A stretch of 64,000 nt of DNA from Acetobacteraceae bacterium (lineage in GTDB: Bacteria; Pseudomonadota; Alphaproteobacteria; Acetobacterales; Acetobacteraceae). Both the position numbers and the translations under genes were made by a program. Positions 1 through 11,436 of this stretch are shown piece after piece. Under the pieces are notes generated by a model. It did no database searches, had not been told where the DNA came from, and saw only the letters and a list, made by a program, of their open reading frames with translations. The DNA is taken from positions 253 through 64,252 of the forward strand of contig JAIYDD010000163.1 in the NCBI GenBank assembly GCA_027487675.1, in the 5' to 3' direction. Positions within the stretch are counted from its first letter, which is position 1. The number at the start of each line of letters is the position of its first letter.

Positions 1-540
1 CGCGCCATCCGCGTCGAGTATGAAGGCCACGCGGCGGAGCTGAATCGCCGCCCGCTGACGGCGGCCGCGCTGGCCGGCGTGCTGGCGCCGATGATGGGCG
101 CGGTGAACATGGTCAACGCGCCGGCGCTGGCGAAGGAACGCGGCATCGAGGTGGCGGAGACGGTGCTGGAGCGCAGCGGCGACTACGCGACGCTGCTGCG
201 CGTGACGATCGTGACCGCCGACTGGACGCGCAGCGTCGCCGGCACGCTGGTCGGCACAGGCAAGCCGCGCCTGGTCGAGGTGAAGGGCATCGCGGTGGAG
301 GCGGAATTCGCGCCCCACATGCTCTACGTCACCAACCAGGACCGGCCCGGCTTCATCGGCCGCTTCGGCATGACGCTGTCGGATGCGGGGGTGAACATCG
401 CCACCTTCCATCTCGGCCGCGACGCGCCGGGCGGGGACGCGATCTGCCTGGTGGGGCTCGATGCCCCGCTGCCGGCCGGCGTTCTGGACCGCGTACGCGG
501 CCTGCCGCTGGTGGTGCGCGCGGTGCCGCTGGCCTTCTGA
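1..540 (+). CDS. serA: D-3-phosphoglycerate dehydrogenase, C-terminal part (5' end outside window)
   Basis: Frame 1 is open from nt 1 to the stop at 538-540. The tail '...VEAEFAPHMLYVTNQDRPGFIGRFGMTLSDAGVNIATFHLGR' is the ASB/ACT regulatory end typical of long-form SerA. Confidence 0.85.
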   Translation, partial: RAIRVEYEGHAAELNRRPLTAAALAGVLAPMMGAVNMVNAPALAKERGIEVAETVLERSGDYATLLRVTIVTADWTRSVAGTLVGTGKPRLVEVKGIAVEAEFAPHMLYVTNQDRPGFIGRFGMTLSDAGVNIATFHLGRDAPGGDAICLVGLDAPLPAGVLDRVRGLPLVVRAVPLAF

Positions 541-618
541 AGCCTCGTCCGTCACGCGGCGCGCATGAAACTGTCATGCGCGCCGCGGTAGCGTCTTGGC
601 CCCGCAGCCCTGGGAGGC

Positions 619-1743
619 GTGGCCATGGCCAACATGCGCGACATCAGCTTCGCCAGCTTCAACCTCTACAACCTCCAGCTGCCCGGCAAGCCGATGTATC
701 CGGGCGGCAAGCCCTACACGGCCGAGGAGTATGCCGCGAAGACCGCCTGGGCCGGGGAGGCGGTGCGGCGGCTGGACGCCGATGTCATCGCCTTCCAGGA
801 GCTGTGGTCGCGCCAGGCGCTGGCCGATGTCTTCAAGGCGGCCGGGCTCGACGACCGCTACGAGCTTGCCTTCATCAAGCCCGGCGACTGGGACGGCATC
901 GCGGTGGCCGCCGCCGTGCGCAAGCCCTGGAGGATCGTGGAGACGACACGCCACAAGGCCTTCCCGCCCGGCTTCCGGCTGCGCAAGGGCAAGCGCTCCA
1001 TGGCCGACATCCAGAAGAACCCGCCCGAAGCCGACCTCGCCGCCGAGGATGACGAGGCGGAGGAGGAGACGCTGCCGAGCCATGAGGACGACGCGATCGA
1101 GGTGGTGATCGGCGAATTCTCCCGCTCGCCCCTGCAGGTCTCGATCCAGCATGGCACGGCGCGCAGCACGAAGCCGCCGCAGGTCGAGGTGTTCTGCTGC
1201 CACCTGAAGTCCAAGCTCTCGACCCGGCTGGACGATGCGGAATACCGCGACCCGAACATCCGCCCGCATGCCGAGGCGCTGGGCGCGGCGCTGTCCTCCG
1301 TGCGGCGGCTGTCGGAAGCGGCGGCGCTGCGCGTCATCCTGAACGGGCTGATGACGGGCAACGACCGGCCGGTCGTCGTGCTCGGCGACCTCAATGACGG
1401 GCAGCATTCCAATGCGCTCGCCGTGCTGGCCGGGCGGCCGACCTTCCGGCTGTTCGCGACGCACCGCGGCGGTCGGCGCAGCGATGGCGGGCTCTACAAC
1501 GCGCTGGCGCTGCAGCAGCTGCGCAGCCTGGGCGATGTCTACTACACGCATGAGCACCGCAACGTGCGGGAAGCGATCGACCATGTGCTGGTCTCGGAGC
1601 AGTTCTACGAATTCTCCGACGCCGCCTTGTGGGGCTTCCGCGGCATGCGCTTCATGAACGACCACCTGGAAGTGGTCACCAAGGCCGAGACCGACCACGG
1701 CCTGGTGCGCGCCGCCTTCGACTGGCTGCCGAAGAAGGGCTGA
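619..1743 (+). CDS. endonuclease/exonuclease/phosphatase (EEP) family protein
   Basis: 374 aa. EEP-type blocks are 'FASFNLYNL', 'DADVIAFQELW', 'VVLGDLNDG' and 'IDHVLVS'. It carries an acidic insert (EDDEAEEETLPSHEDD). Confidence 0.8.
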   Translation: MAMANMRDISFASFNLYNLQLPGKPMYPGGKPYTAEEYAAKTAWAGEAVRRLDADVIAFQELWSRQALADVFKAAGLDDRYELAFIKPGDWDGIAVAAAVRKPWRIVETTRHKAFPPGFRLRKGKRSMADIQKNPPEADLAAEDDEAEEETLPSHEDDAIEVVIGEFSRSPLQVSIQHGTARSTKPPQVEVFCCHLKSKLSTRLDDAEYRDPNIRPHAEALGAALSSVRRLSEAAALRVILNGLMTGNDRPVVVLGDLNDGQHSNALAVLAGRPTFRLFATHRGGRRSDGGLYNALALQQLRSLGDVYYTHEHRNVREAIDHVLVSEQFYEFSDAALWGFRGMRFMNDHLEVVTKAETDHGLVRAAFDWLPKKG

Positions 1744-1810
1744 CCGCGCCGCCTCGGAAGCAGCGCCGCAAGGCCCGGATCGGGGCGCGCTGCGCCGCCC
1801 CGGCGGCCGC

Positions 1811-2365
1811 TCAGCCGCGCCGGCCGCCGGATTGCAGCCGCGCGATCTCCTGCTGCGCCGCGCCGGCTGCTTCCGAGACCCGCGGCAGGAAGGGCAGGCG
1901 CGCGAGCCGCGTGAGCGCCGCCGCGCCGCCGGCCGGGAAGGCCGGGCCGGTCAGCGCCGCCTCGGCGCGCTGGCGGCTGCCGGCCCGCAGCGCTTCCGCC
2001 GCCTCGCGCAGCTGGCCGATCACCTGCTCGGGCGGCGCCTCGGGCGCGATGCCGATGGCCTGGCGCAGCTCGGCGCGGCCGGCGCGGGTCGCGGCCAGCA
2101 CGGCGATGCTGGCTTCCGGCGCGTAGCGCGGGTCGCGCGCGAAGGCATCCGCCAGCACCTCCAGCTGCACCGCCGCCAGCGCCGCATCGGCGGGGCGGCC
2201 GGCCAGGCGGGAGGTGTCGCCCAGCAGCCGCGGCGCGTGCAGCGCGGCCCCCCGCACCGGGTCGCCGAAGCCGCCCAGATTCTCGGCGGCGGGGTCCGCG
2301 CAGGCGCCGAGCAGGCCGAGCGCGAACAGGGCGAAGGCGGCAGCGGGGCGGCGGCGCATCGGCAT
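1811..2365 (-). CDS. hypothetical lipoprotein
   Basis: 184 aa with an N-terminal signal peptide and lipobox 'LGLLGAC'. I recognise no family. Confidence 0.55.
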   Translation of the reverse strand: MPMRRRPAAAFALFALGLLGACADPAAENLGGFGDPVRGAALHAPRLLGDTSRLAGRPADAALAAVQLEVLADAFARDPRYAPEASIAVLAATRAGRAELRQAIGIAPEAPPEQVIGQLREAAEALRAGSRQRAEAALTGPAFPAGGAAALTRLARLPFLPRVSEAAGAAQQEIARLQSGGRRG

Positions 2366-2506
2366 CTCTCTCCGTGGCGGCGGGCGGCGTCACTTGGCAC
2401 GCGGGGCCGGGCCGCGCCAACCCGCCGTCGCGCTTCGAAAGACTTCGTCACTGGCCTTGCCGGCCCGGACGCCGCAGACCGGCACCCAGACGACCGAGGA
2501 CCCCCG

Positions 2507-3124
2507 ATGCGCCCCGCCCTTCGCTTCCCCACGCGCCGCCTGGTCCTGGCCGCGCCCGCGCTGCTGGCCCTGCCGGCCCTGGCACAGGCGCCGCGCACCC
2601 CGGCCCAGATGGAAGGGCCCTACTACCCCGCCGCCATCCCGGCCGATGCGGATGCCGACCTGGCGCGGGTGGCAGGCCAGGGCCGCCCGGCACAGGGCCA
2701 GCCGCTGCTGCTGGAAGGCGTGGTGCGCGGCCCCGACGGCGCCGCGCTGCCCGGCGCGCGGGTCGAGATCTGGCAGGCCGACCATGCGGGCATCTACCTC
2801 CACCCGCGCGACGGGCGCCTCGCCGCACGCGACGGCGCCTTCCAGGGCTTCGGCCGCGCGGTCGCCGACGGGGCCGGGCGCTATGCCTTCCGCACCATCC
2901 GGCCAGGCCTCTATGCCGGCCGCACGCGGCACATCCACCTGCGGGCCGCCACCGCGGACCGGCGGATGGAACTGACGACCCAGCTCTACTTCCCGGGCGA
3001 GCCGCAGAACGACACGGACCCCCTGTTGCGTCGCCTGTCGCCCGATGCCCGCGCGCTGCTGACGGCGCGGCTTTCGCCGACGGATGCCGGGCAGCGGGCG
3101 GAGTTCGACATCTTCCTCGCCTGA
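2507..3124 (+). CDS. secreted intradiol ring-cleavage dioxygenase-like protein
   Basis: Trimmed from ORF 1832..3124 to the in-frame ATG at 2507 (205 aa). It has a Tat-like signal 'TRRLVLAAPALLALPALAQA'. Family motifs are 'GPYYP', 'VEIWQAD..G.Y' and 'GRTRHIHL'. Confidence 0.75.
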   Translation: MRPALRFPTRRLVLAAPALLALPALAQAPRTPAQMEGPYYPAAIPADADADLARVAGQGRPAQGQPLLLEGVVRGPDGAALPGARVEIWQADHAGIYLHPRDGRLAARDGAFQGFGRAVADGAGRYAFRTIRPGLYAGRTRHIHLRAATADRRMELTTQLYFPGEPQNDTDPLLRRLSPDARALLTARLSPTDAGQRAEFDIFLA

Positions 3125-3225
3125 ACCGCGCGGCCGGCCGCGGGGCGCCGCGCGCGCCGCAAACCCGCCGCGCGGCCGCTGCGGGTTGCGGGCGGGCCGC
3201 GCGGCTGGCAAGCCTTCGCCCTGCG

Positions 3226-4368
3226 ATGACCGAAGACCCCCCCAACCCGGCCCTGCTGCCCGCCGGCCTGATGGACCTTCTCCCCCCCGAGGCGGAGCGG
3301 GAGGCGGCGCTGGTCGAGGCCATGGCGGAGGTCTTCGCCCGCCACGGCTATGAACGCGTGAAGCCCCCCCTGCTGGAATTCGAGGACAGCCTGTTCGCCG
3401 GCGGCGGCGCGGCGCTGGCCGAGCAGACCTTCCGCCTGATGGACCCGGTCAGCCAGCGCATGATGGGCCTGCGCGCCGACACCACGCCGCAGGTCGCCCG
3501 CATCGCCGCGACGCGCCTGGCGGGCATCCCCCGGCCGCTGCGCCTGTCCTATGCCGGCCAGGTGCTGCGGGTGCGCGGCACGCAGATCGCCCCTTCGCGC
3601 CAGCTGCCGCAGGCGGGCATCGAGCTGATCGGCGTTGACCTGGCGGAAGCCGATGCCGAGGTCGCGGCGGTCGCCGCCGAAGCCCTGGCCGCCGTCGGCA
3701 TCGCGGAGGTGACGCTCGACATCACCCTGCCGCGGCTGTCGCCGGCGCTGCTGGACGCGGCCGGCGTGGAAGGCGAGGTCCGTCGCCGGCTGGCCCGTGC
3801 GCTGGACCGCAAGGATGCCGCCGCCGTCGCCGCGCTGGCGGCGGAGGCCGGCCCGGCCGCGCAGCCGCTGCCCGCGCTGCTCGGCGCCGCGGGCCCGGCC
3901 GATGGCGCGCTGGCGGCGCTGGAGGCGGCGTCCCTGCCGTCCGCCGCGCGCGCCATCGCCGACAACGCGGCGCGCGTGATCGAGGCGCTGCGCGCCCGCG
4001 CCCCTGGCCTGCGGATCACGCTGGACCCGGTGGAGTTCCGCGGCTTCCGCTACCACACCGGCGTCGCCTTCACCCTGTTCGGCCCGGGCAATGCCGGGGA
4101 ACTGGCGCGCGGCGGCCGCTACATCTCGGGCGAGGAGCCGGCCACGGGCATGACGCTCTATCCGGAAGCCGCGCTGCGCGCCGCCGCCGCCCGGCCGCCG
4201 CGGCCGCGCGTCTTCCTGCCCCATGGCGCCGACGCCGCCGCCGCGCTGGCGCTGCGCGAGCGCGGCCATGCGACGGTGCCGCAGCTTTCGCCCGCCGACA
4301 CGCCGGCGCGGCTGCGCTGCACGCACATCATGGACGAGGCCGGCGCCGCCCGGCCGCTCTCGGAGTAG
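3226..4368 (+). CDS. hisZ: ATP phosphoribosyltransferase regulatory subunit
   Basis: Trimmed from ORF 2374..4368 to the ATG at 3226 (380 aa). It has a HisRS-like core ('[25 protein letters not shown]', 'GIELIG') and no anticodon-binding domain. It sits immediately upstream of purA, as is usual in alphaproteobacteria. Confidence 0.85.
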   Translation: MTEDPPNPALLPAGLMDLLPPEAEREAALVEAMAEVFARHGYERVKPPLLEFEDSLFAGGGAALAEQTFRLMDPVSQRMMGLRADTTPQVARIAATRLAGIPRPLRLSYAGQVLRVRGTQIAPSRQLPQAGIELIGVDLAEADAEVAAVAAEALAAVGIAEVTLDITLPRLSPALLDAAGVEGEVRRRLARALDRKDAAAVAALAAEAGPAAQPLPALLGAAGPADGALAALEAASLPSAARAIADNAARVIEALRARAPGLRITLDPVEFRGFRYHTGVAFTLFGPGNAGELARGGRYISGEEPATGMTLYPEAALRAAAARPPRPRVFLPHGADAAAALALRERGHATVPQLSPADTPARLRCTHIMDEAGAARPLSE

Positions 4369-4373
4369 CCCGC

Positions 4374-5663
<1,290 letters not shown>

Positions 5664-5712
5664 GACGGGGGCGGCGGCGGGGTTTTGGGCTTCGTCTTTT
5701 GCGGGCAGAAGG

Positions 5713-5897
5713 ATTGAGGGGCTCCGCCCCTCAAACACCCCGGCAGGAACCTGAGGTTCCTGCACCTCCCCAAGTTTGTTGGTTCGGAGTTGGTTTCGGA
5801 AAGGCCCGGCAACGACGGCCGCCCTGGACCAGCATCCGAAAAAACAGCACAAAAATCAAAGGGTTCCCGAGGGGAAAAAAGGGCCCTTGGCGGGGTG
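5713..5897. repeat. GC-rich hairpin modules plus a truncated internal fragment of the MITE-like family
   Basis: Hairpins 'ttGAGGGGCtccGCCCCTCaa' and 'GCAGGAACctgaGGTTCCTGC'. From ~5817, 'ggccgccctggaccagcatc...cccttggcggggtgc' matches the central part of the full copies at 51115, 63655 and 11437. Confidence 0.6.
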
Positions 5898-6200
5898 CCG
5901 GGGCAGCGCCGCATGGGCGCCAACTTAGCGCCCAACGGTGCGCGAGGTGGCCCGGGTGGAGGCGTTGCCTCCCCCGTCGAACGCCTTCGGCGTTCGACCC
6001 CCCCACAACCAGGGCTGCCGCCCTGGACCGGCATCAGCAAAATGAAAAATAAGCGAAGGGGGTTACAAGGTGCCGCTGCCCCTCGGCTGGGTCCAGGGAC
6101 AGCGCCCCTGGCGGAGCGCGAGGCAGAGCCTCGTACCTTCAGCCGCCGCGATTCACCAAGGTCGCCTAGCCAAAGCTGGCGCCCATGGGGCAGCGCCCCC
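5898..6200 (+). mobile_element. MITE-like repeat, full copy A (~300 bp, terminal inverted repeats)
   Basis: The left end is 'GGGGCAGCGCCGCATGGGCGCCAACTTA'. The right end is 'CCAAAGCTGGCGCCCATGGGGCAGCGCCCC', its inverted complement. The interior is collinear with copy I (63655-63978), including the hairpin 'GTCGAACGCCttcGGCGTTCGAC' and 'GGCTGCCGCCCTGGACCGGCATCAG'. Confidence 0.7.
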
Positions 6201-6245
6201 GGCCGGAGCGCAAGGCAGAGCCTCGGCCCTACCGACGCCCCCCTC

Positions 6246-8387
6246 CTACCGCCCCTCCCGCCGCCAGGCGAGGATCGCCAGACCCAGCACCAGCGGCAGC
6301 GCCAGCCAGGGCGGCAGCAGCGGCAGCGCGGTGATGCCGGTCACCGTGTGGTCGGCGTTGCGCCGCAGCCCGATCCAACCCGGCCCCGCCATGTCGCGCC
6401 CGGCGACGACGCGGCGCAGTTCCGGCACCGAAGCGCCCTCCGCCCCCAGCCAGCGCACCGCGCCGCCGCTGGCCGCGGCCACGCCGCGCAGCCTGGCGTC
6501 GTCGGCGCGCAGATCCGCGACTTCCAGCGGGTTGCCGGCCTCGGCGGCGGCGAAGGCGGTGCGGCGGCCATCGGCGGCCTGCCAGACGCCCGGCTGCGTC
6601 GCCGGCAGTTCGAGCACCGCGCGGCCGCCGCGCGATTCCGGCCGGTGGCGCGTCACGGCGCCCTCCGGCGTGGTCACCGCGATCTCGGGCGGCGGCCCGG
6701 CTTCCAGGCTGCGGCGGATGACGGTCAGGCGGCCCTGGTCGATGCGCGCCGTCAGGTCCTCCTCTTCCAGCTCCGGCTCCTTCATCGCCCAGTGCGCGAT
6801 GCGGCGCAGCAATTCCTGCTGGGGACCGCCGCCGTCATGCACGCGCGACCACAGCCAGATGTGGTCCGACAGCACCAGCGCGACGCGGCCCTCCCCCACC
6901 CGGTCCAGCACCATCAGCGGCGTGCCGTTCGGGCCCTCCATCACCGTCGATCCCGCCCGCGCCTCGGCCCGCATGGCGCGGTACCAGCGGCCCCAGCTCG
7001 GGTCGCCCGGCCCCTGGGCGGGGTTGGCGCCGGGCAGGTTCTCCGTCACCGGATGGCGCGCGCCGAGATCGGTGACGCGCGGGCGGAAGGCGGTCTCCAC
7101 CAGCCCCGCCTGCGCCGCGCCCGGCCCGGTCGGCGGCCGCGCCGGCAGGATCTGGCCGAGCGGCGTCGCCGCCAGGCTCGTCGGCCCGACGAATTCCGGC
7201 CCGACCGAGAGCAGCAGCGCCCCGCCGCCGCGGACATAGTCGGCGATGTTGCGCAGATAGACCGGCGGCAGCAGCCCGCGATTGGCGAAGCGGTCGAAGA
7301 CGATCAGGTCGAAGTCGCGCAGCTTCACCTGGAACAGCTCGCGCACCGGGAAGGCGATCAGCGCCAGCTCGTGCAGCGGGGTCAGGTCGTCCTTCTCGGG
7401 CGGCCGCAGGATGGTGAAGTGCACCAGGTCCACGTTCGGATCGGCCTTCAGCAGCCGCCGCCAGGTGCGCTGGCCGGCATGCGGCTCCCCGCTCACCAGC
7501 AGCACGCGCAGCCTCTCCCGCACGCCGTTGATGGCGACGACGGCGCGGTTGTTGATCGGGCTGACCTCTCCCGGCCGCGTCTCGGCCGTCAGCTCCACCA
7601 CCGTCTGGCCGCCGCGCTCGATCGGCACGGCGATGCGATGCTCCCGCCCCACCGGCACGCTTTCCACCCGCGGCGGCTGGCCGTCGCGACGGATCGAGAG
7701 CCGCGCCGGCGCCGCGGCGGCGTTCGGCGGCGCGCCGAGATCCTCCACCACCACGCGCAGTTCCACCGTGCGGCCGACGATGCCGAAGCCTGGCGCCTCC
7801 ACGATCCTGACGCGGCGATCCACCTCGCCTGGCCGGCCGGGCAGCACCAGGTGGAAGGGTGCATCCAGCGCGGCATTCGGCGGCACGTCATGCACCTGGC
7901 CGTCGCTCAGCGCGATCACGCCGGCCAGCCGCGTGCGCGGGATCTCGGCCAGCGCACGCTCCATCGCGGTCCAGAGCCTGGTGCCGCGATTGCCGCCCTC
8001 CGGCACCTCGATGGTCTGGATCTCGAGCTCCGGCAGGCGGCGCGCGCGGGCCTCGATCTGCTCGCGCGCCGCCGCAAGCTGCGCGGCGCGCGCGCCGACA
8101 TCGGTGCTGTCGGAGCGATCCACCACCAGCAGCGCGACATCCGGCCGCGTCTCCCGCGTCTCCTGCACCAGCCGGGGATTCGCCAACGCCAACGCCAACG
8201 CCCCGAACGCCGCCAGTCTGAGCAACGCCCCCCGCGCCGGCACCCCGAGCCGCAACCGCCCCGCCCCGTTCCGCGCCGGCCGCACCAGCGCCGGCAACAC
8301 CGCCAGCAACGCCACCACGCCCAGCACCGCCAGCAACCACACCGGCAGCACAGGCGCGAAATCGATCCCGGCAAGGGCCTGTCGCAT
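6246..8387 (-). CDS. membrane-anchored protein, 4th gene of the MoxR/DUF58/DUF4159 operon
   Basis: 713 aa with N-terminal TM helices. It is the last gene of the conserved alphaproteobacterial four-gene set. I cannot assign a specific function. Confidence 0.75.
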   Translation of the reverse strand: MRQALAGIDFAPVLPVWLLAVLGVVALLAVLPALVRPARNGAGRLRLGVPARGALLRLAAFGALALALANPRLVQETRETRPDVALLVVDRSDSTDVGARAAQLAAAREQIEARARRLPELEIQTIEVPEGGNRGTRLWTAMERALAEIPRTRLAGVIALSDGQVHDVPPNAALDAPFHLVLPGRPGEVDRRVRIVEAPGFGIVGRTVELRVVVEDLGAPPNAAAAPARLSIRRDGQPPRVESVPVGREHRIAVPIERGGQTVVELTAETRPGEVSPINNRAVVAINGVRERLRVLLVSGEPHAGQRTWRRLLKADPNVDLVHFTILRPPEKDDLTPLHELALIAFPVRELFQVKLRDFDLIVFDRFANRGLLPPVYLRNIADYVRGGGALLLSVGPEFVGPTSLAATPLGQILPARPPTGPGAAQAGLVETAFRPRVTDLGARHPVTENLPGANPAQGPGDPSWGRWYRAMRAEARAGSTVMEGPNGTPLMVLDRVGEGRVALVLSDHIWLWSRVHDGGGPQQELLRRIAHWAMKEPELEEEDLTARIDQGRLTVIRRSLEAGPPPEIAVTTPEGAVTRHRPESRGGRAVLELPATQPGVWQAADGRRTAFAAAEAGNPLEVADLRADDARLRGVAAASGGAVRWLGAEGASVPELRRVVAGRDMAGPGWIGLRRNADHTVTGITALPLLPPWLALPLVLGLAILAWRREGR

Positions 8388-8399
8388 GGCGGGGTCCTA

Positions 8400-8678
8400 G
8401 GTGAGGGCTGGGTGTGCGCGGGTGACTCTCGGGAGGGCTCCGCCCTCCCGAGCCCTCCCGCCGGGGGGCGTGGCGCCCCCCGGACCCCGCCGTGAGTTTT
8501 CAGTCGATGGCTGGGGAGGGGGCCTCACGGGCACATCCGCGACACGGGCGCGCGCGGCCCCCTCCCCAGCCATCGACCAAACTGATGGGGTCCAGGGGCC
8601 CACTGGCCCCTGGCGGATGGGGTACGGGGAAGGCGGAGCCTTCCCCGGGCCACCTGCGTCGCGCACCCAGCCCTCATC
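8400..8678. repeat. composite hairpin repeat, family 2, copy B
   Basis: It is bounded by inverted ends 'GGTGAGGGCTGGGTGTGCGCG' and 'CGCGCACCCAGCCCTCATC'. Inside is a string of hairpins, including a long one: 'TCGATGGCTGGGGAGGGGGCC...GGCCCCCTCCCCAGCCATCGA'. The scaffold is shared with 41920-42135. Confidence 0.65.
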
Positions 8679-11414
8679 TCAGTTCCCCAGCCGTTCGAGG
8701 ATGGCCGGCACGTGGACCTGGTCGCCCTTGTAGTTGCCGGTCAGGGCGTACATCACGAGGTTGACGCCGAAGCGGTAGGCCAGGGTGCGCTGGCGGGCGC
8801 CGCCGGGGATGGCGGCGTAGGGGTTGTTGCCGCGGGCGTCGATCGCCCAGGCCGCGGCCCAGTCGTGGCCGCCGATGATGACGGGGCTGACGCTGTCGTT
8901 CGCACGGTCCTGTTCGCGGGCCACCCAGACGGTGCCGCCGGTGAAGCGGCCGGGCAGGTCCGCCAGCAGGTAGAAGGCGCGGCGCAGCACGTGGTCTTCC
9001 GGCACGGGGGCCAGTGGCGGCACCACCAGGTCGCGCGTCACGCGGCGCAGGGCCGCGCGCGCGCCGGGGGAGAAGCCTTCGCCCGAGCCTTCGTCGCGCG
9101 TGTCGAACAGGATGATCCCGCCCTGGCGCATGAAGGCGTTCAGCGCCTGCACGCTGCGCGCATCGGGCGTCGGCGCGTCGCCCAGGACGGGCCAGTAGAG
9201 CAGCGGGAAGAAGGACAGGTCGTCCCGCCCCGGGACCACGCCGTGCGGGTCGGCCAGCGCGGCGGCCGTGCGCCGGTTCACGAAGTCGGACAGGCCGACG
9301 AGGCCGGCGCGGGAGATCTCGTCCACCTCCGCATTGCCGGTGACGACATAGGCCAGCCGCGTGGCGAGTGCCGCCGTGCCGTCCTGCGCCAGCGCCGGCG
9401 CGGCGCCGAGCGCCAGCACCAGCGGCAGCGCCCGCGCCATCGCGACGGTGACGCGCCCCAGCACGCCGCGCAGCAGCAGCGACAGGATCAGGTCCGCCAC
9501 CAGCAGCAGCGTGGCCGCCGCCAGCAGCCAGGGCCCGAGGTCGCGTTCCGCCGGCACGCCGCCGATGCCCTGCAGCGTGGCGGCGGGCGGCGGCGCGGCG
9601 GTCGGCCTGGGCGCGGGCACCCCGGCGCCGAGGTTCAGCGCGCGCCGATGCGCGGCGTCCCCGCCGCCGGCGCCGCTGGCGTACCAGCCGGGCGGGTGGC
9701 GGGGCGAAGGCGGTTCCTCCGTGATCCGCGCGGCCGGCAGCGGCTGCGCGCCCGGCTGCGGCGGGCCCAGGCGGCCGAAGCCGTCCAGCGTCTCGAAGGG
9801 TGCCAGCGGTGCCTCGCCATCCGTCCCGGTGACGCCGACCGACAGCGCCACCAGCCGCCGCAGCATGTCCACGAACAGGCCGGAGAGCGGCAGGCTGGAC
9901 CAGTCGGCATTCGCCGTGACGTGGAACATCACGATGCGCCCGGCGCCGCGCGCGTCATGCGTCACCAGCGGCGTGCCGTCCGCCAGCCGCGCCCAGCTGC
10001 GCCCCGAAAGCTGCGCGGAGGGCTCCGCCAGCACCTGGCGTTCCACCGTGACCTCGGGCGACGGCACCAGCCCGGCGAAGGGCGAGCCTTCCGGGAAGGG
10101 CGCCAGGCGCTGCGGCTGTTCCCAGGACAGCGCGCCGCCGATCTGGCGTTCCCCGGCGCGCAGCGGCACCGGCATCAGCGTGTCCGGCGCTTCCGCCAGG
10201 CGGGGCCCGGCGAAGCGCACCAGCGTGCCGCCTTCCTCGATCCAGCGCGTCAGCGCCTCCCTCTCCCGCCCCTCGGCGACGGGCCGGTCGGCCAGCACCA
10301 GGACGGAGAGGCGGCGGGCCAGCAGCGTCTCGATCGAGCCGCGGCGGAGTTCGGCATGCGGGGACAGCGCGCGGTCCAGGTAGAACAGCTCGCCGAGCAG
10401 CGGGGCGTTGGCGGCGGCTTCCTCGGCGCCGGCGATCAGGCCGACGGGGCGGCGGCGGAAGCGCTCGTCCAGCAGGACCGCGGCATTGGCGCCCGCCACG
10501 CCGTCCAGGTCCAGCCGCACCACCTGGTTGCGGATCTCGAGCGGCAGGGGCAGCGCGGCCTCGGCCTCCGTCGCGCCGGCCGGGATCGGCACCACGGCGC
10601 GGTCCAGCGTGCGGCCATCGCCGGTGCGGGCCAGCACCACCGCCTCGGACGGCGTGGGCAGCGGCGTCGTGCGCACCGAGACGATGAGGCGATCGGCCTC
10701 CGCCCGCGGCGGCGGCAGCACGCGCACGGGCCGGGCCTCGGCGCGCGCCACGGTCAGCGACCCGCCGGCCGCCAGCGCATCGGCCAGCGGGCGGAAGCTG
10801 CTGCCGGAGGCGACATGTTCCACCCCATCGGCGATGTAGAGCGCGGCGAAGCCGCCCGGGTTCTGCGCCCGCCAGCCCGCCAGCGCGGCCAGCGCGCCGT
10901 CGCGGTCCGGCGCCCAGGGGCGGGGGCGGAGTGCCGCGAGGCGCCCGCGCATCTCCTCGGGGGGCATCAGGCCGGTGATGCGCGGGGCGTCGGGCACCGG
11001 CGGCGGCGCGGTCAGCAGCAGCGCGGCGCGCCGGCCTTCGCGCGCGGCGGCGGAGATCGCGGCCTCGGCGGCCGCCATGCGGTCCGGCCAGTCGGCGGCG
11101 GCGGCCCAGCCATCGTCGATGGCGATCAGCAGCGGCCCCTCGCCCCCCTTGCCGCCGGCAGGGTCGAGGATGGGGCGCGCCAGGCCCAGCACGATCAGCG
11201 CCGCCGCCAGCAGCCGGAGCGCCAGCAGCCACCAGGGCGTGCGGGAGGGCGTTTCTTCCGGCGCCGGCAGGTCGCGCAGCAGGCGGGCGCCGGGGAAGTC
11301 CTGACGCTTCGGGGCGGGCGGGGTGACGCGCAGCAGCCACCACAGCAGGGGCAGCGCCGGCAGCGCCAGCAGCAGCCAGGGGGCGGCGAAGGCGAGGGGG
11401 CCGAGGGTCAGCAT
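8679..11414 (-). CDS. DUF4159 domain protein with N-terminal double-transmembrane (BatA-N-like) region
   Basis: 911 aa. The N-terminus 'LAFAAPWLLLALPALPLLWWLLRVTPP' is followed by a second TM helix. The C-terminal block is 'YWPVLGDAP...FMRQGGIILFDTRD'. It occupies position 3 of the MoxR operon. Confidence 0.8.
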   Translation of the reverse strand: MLTLGPLAFAAPWLLLALPALPLLWWLLRVTPPAPKRQDFPGARLLRDLPAPEETPSRTPWWLLALRLLAAALIVLGLARPILDPAGGKGGEGPLLIAIDDGWAAAADWPDRMAAAEAAISAAAREGRRAALLLTAPPPVPDAPRITGLMPPEEMRGRLAALRPRPWAPDRDGALAALAGWRAQNPGGFAALYIADGVEHVASGSSFRPLADALAAGGSLTVARAEARPVRVLPPPRAEADRLIVSVRTTPLPTPSEAVVLARTGDGRTLDRAVVPIPAGATEAEAALPLPLEIRNQVVRLDLDGVAGANAAVLLDERFRRRPVGLIAGAEEAAANAPLLGELFYLDRALSPHAELRRGSIETLLARRLSVLVLADRPVAEGREREALTRWIEEGGTLVRFAGPRLAEAPDTLMPVPLRAGERQIGGALSWEQPQRLAPFPEGSPFAGLVPSPEVTVERQVLAEPSAQLSGRSWARLADGTPLVTHDARGAGRIVMFHVTANADWSSLPLSGLFVDMLRRLVALSVGVTGTDGEAPLAPFETLDGFGRLGPPQPGAQPLPAARITEEPPSPRHPPGWYASGAGGGDAAHRRALNLGAGVPAPRPTAAPPPAATLQGIGGVPAERDLGPWLLAAATLLLVADLILSLLLRGVLGRVTVAMARALPLVLALGAAPALAQDGTAALATRLAYVVTGNAEVDEISRAGLVGLSDFVNRRTAAALADPHGVVPGRDDLSFFPLLYWPVLGDAPTPDARSVQALNAFMRQGGIILFDTRDEGSGEGFSPGARAALRRVTRDLVVPPLAPVPEDHVLRRAFYLLADLPGRFTGGTVWVAREQDRANDSVSPVIIGGHDWAAAWAIDARGNNPYAAIPGGARQRTLAYRFGVNLVMYALTGNYKGDQVHVPAILERLGN

Positions 11415-11436
11415 GGGGCAGCGTGCCGGACGGCCC

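Noticed and set aside
5699-6052. ORFs lying entirely in repeat-filled intergenic DNA: 5699..6052, 5528..6040, 8401..8733, 8397..8666, 51080..51514, 51378..51845 (N-terminal part), 52827..53237, 63472..63950.
   Set aside because: They are read-throughs of the MITE/REP elements. The same peptide strings recur only because the DNA repeat recurs, in either orientation, and there are no RBS or coding-type features.
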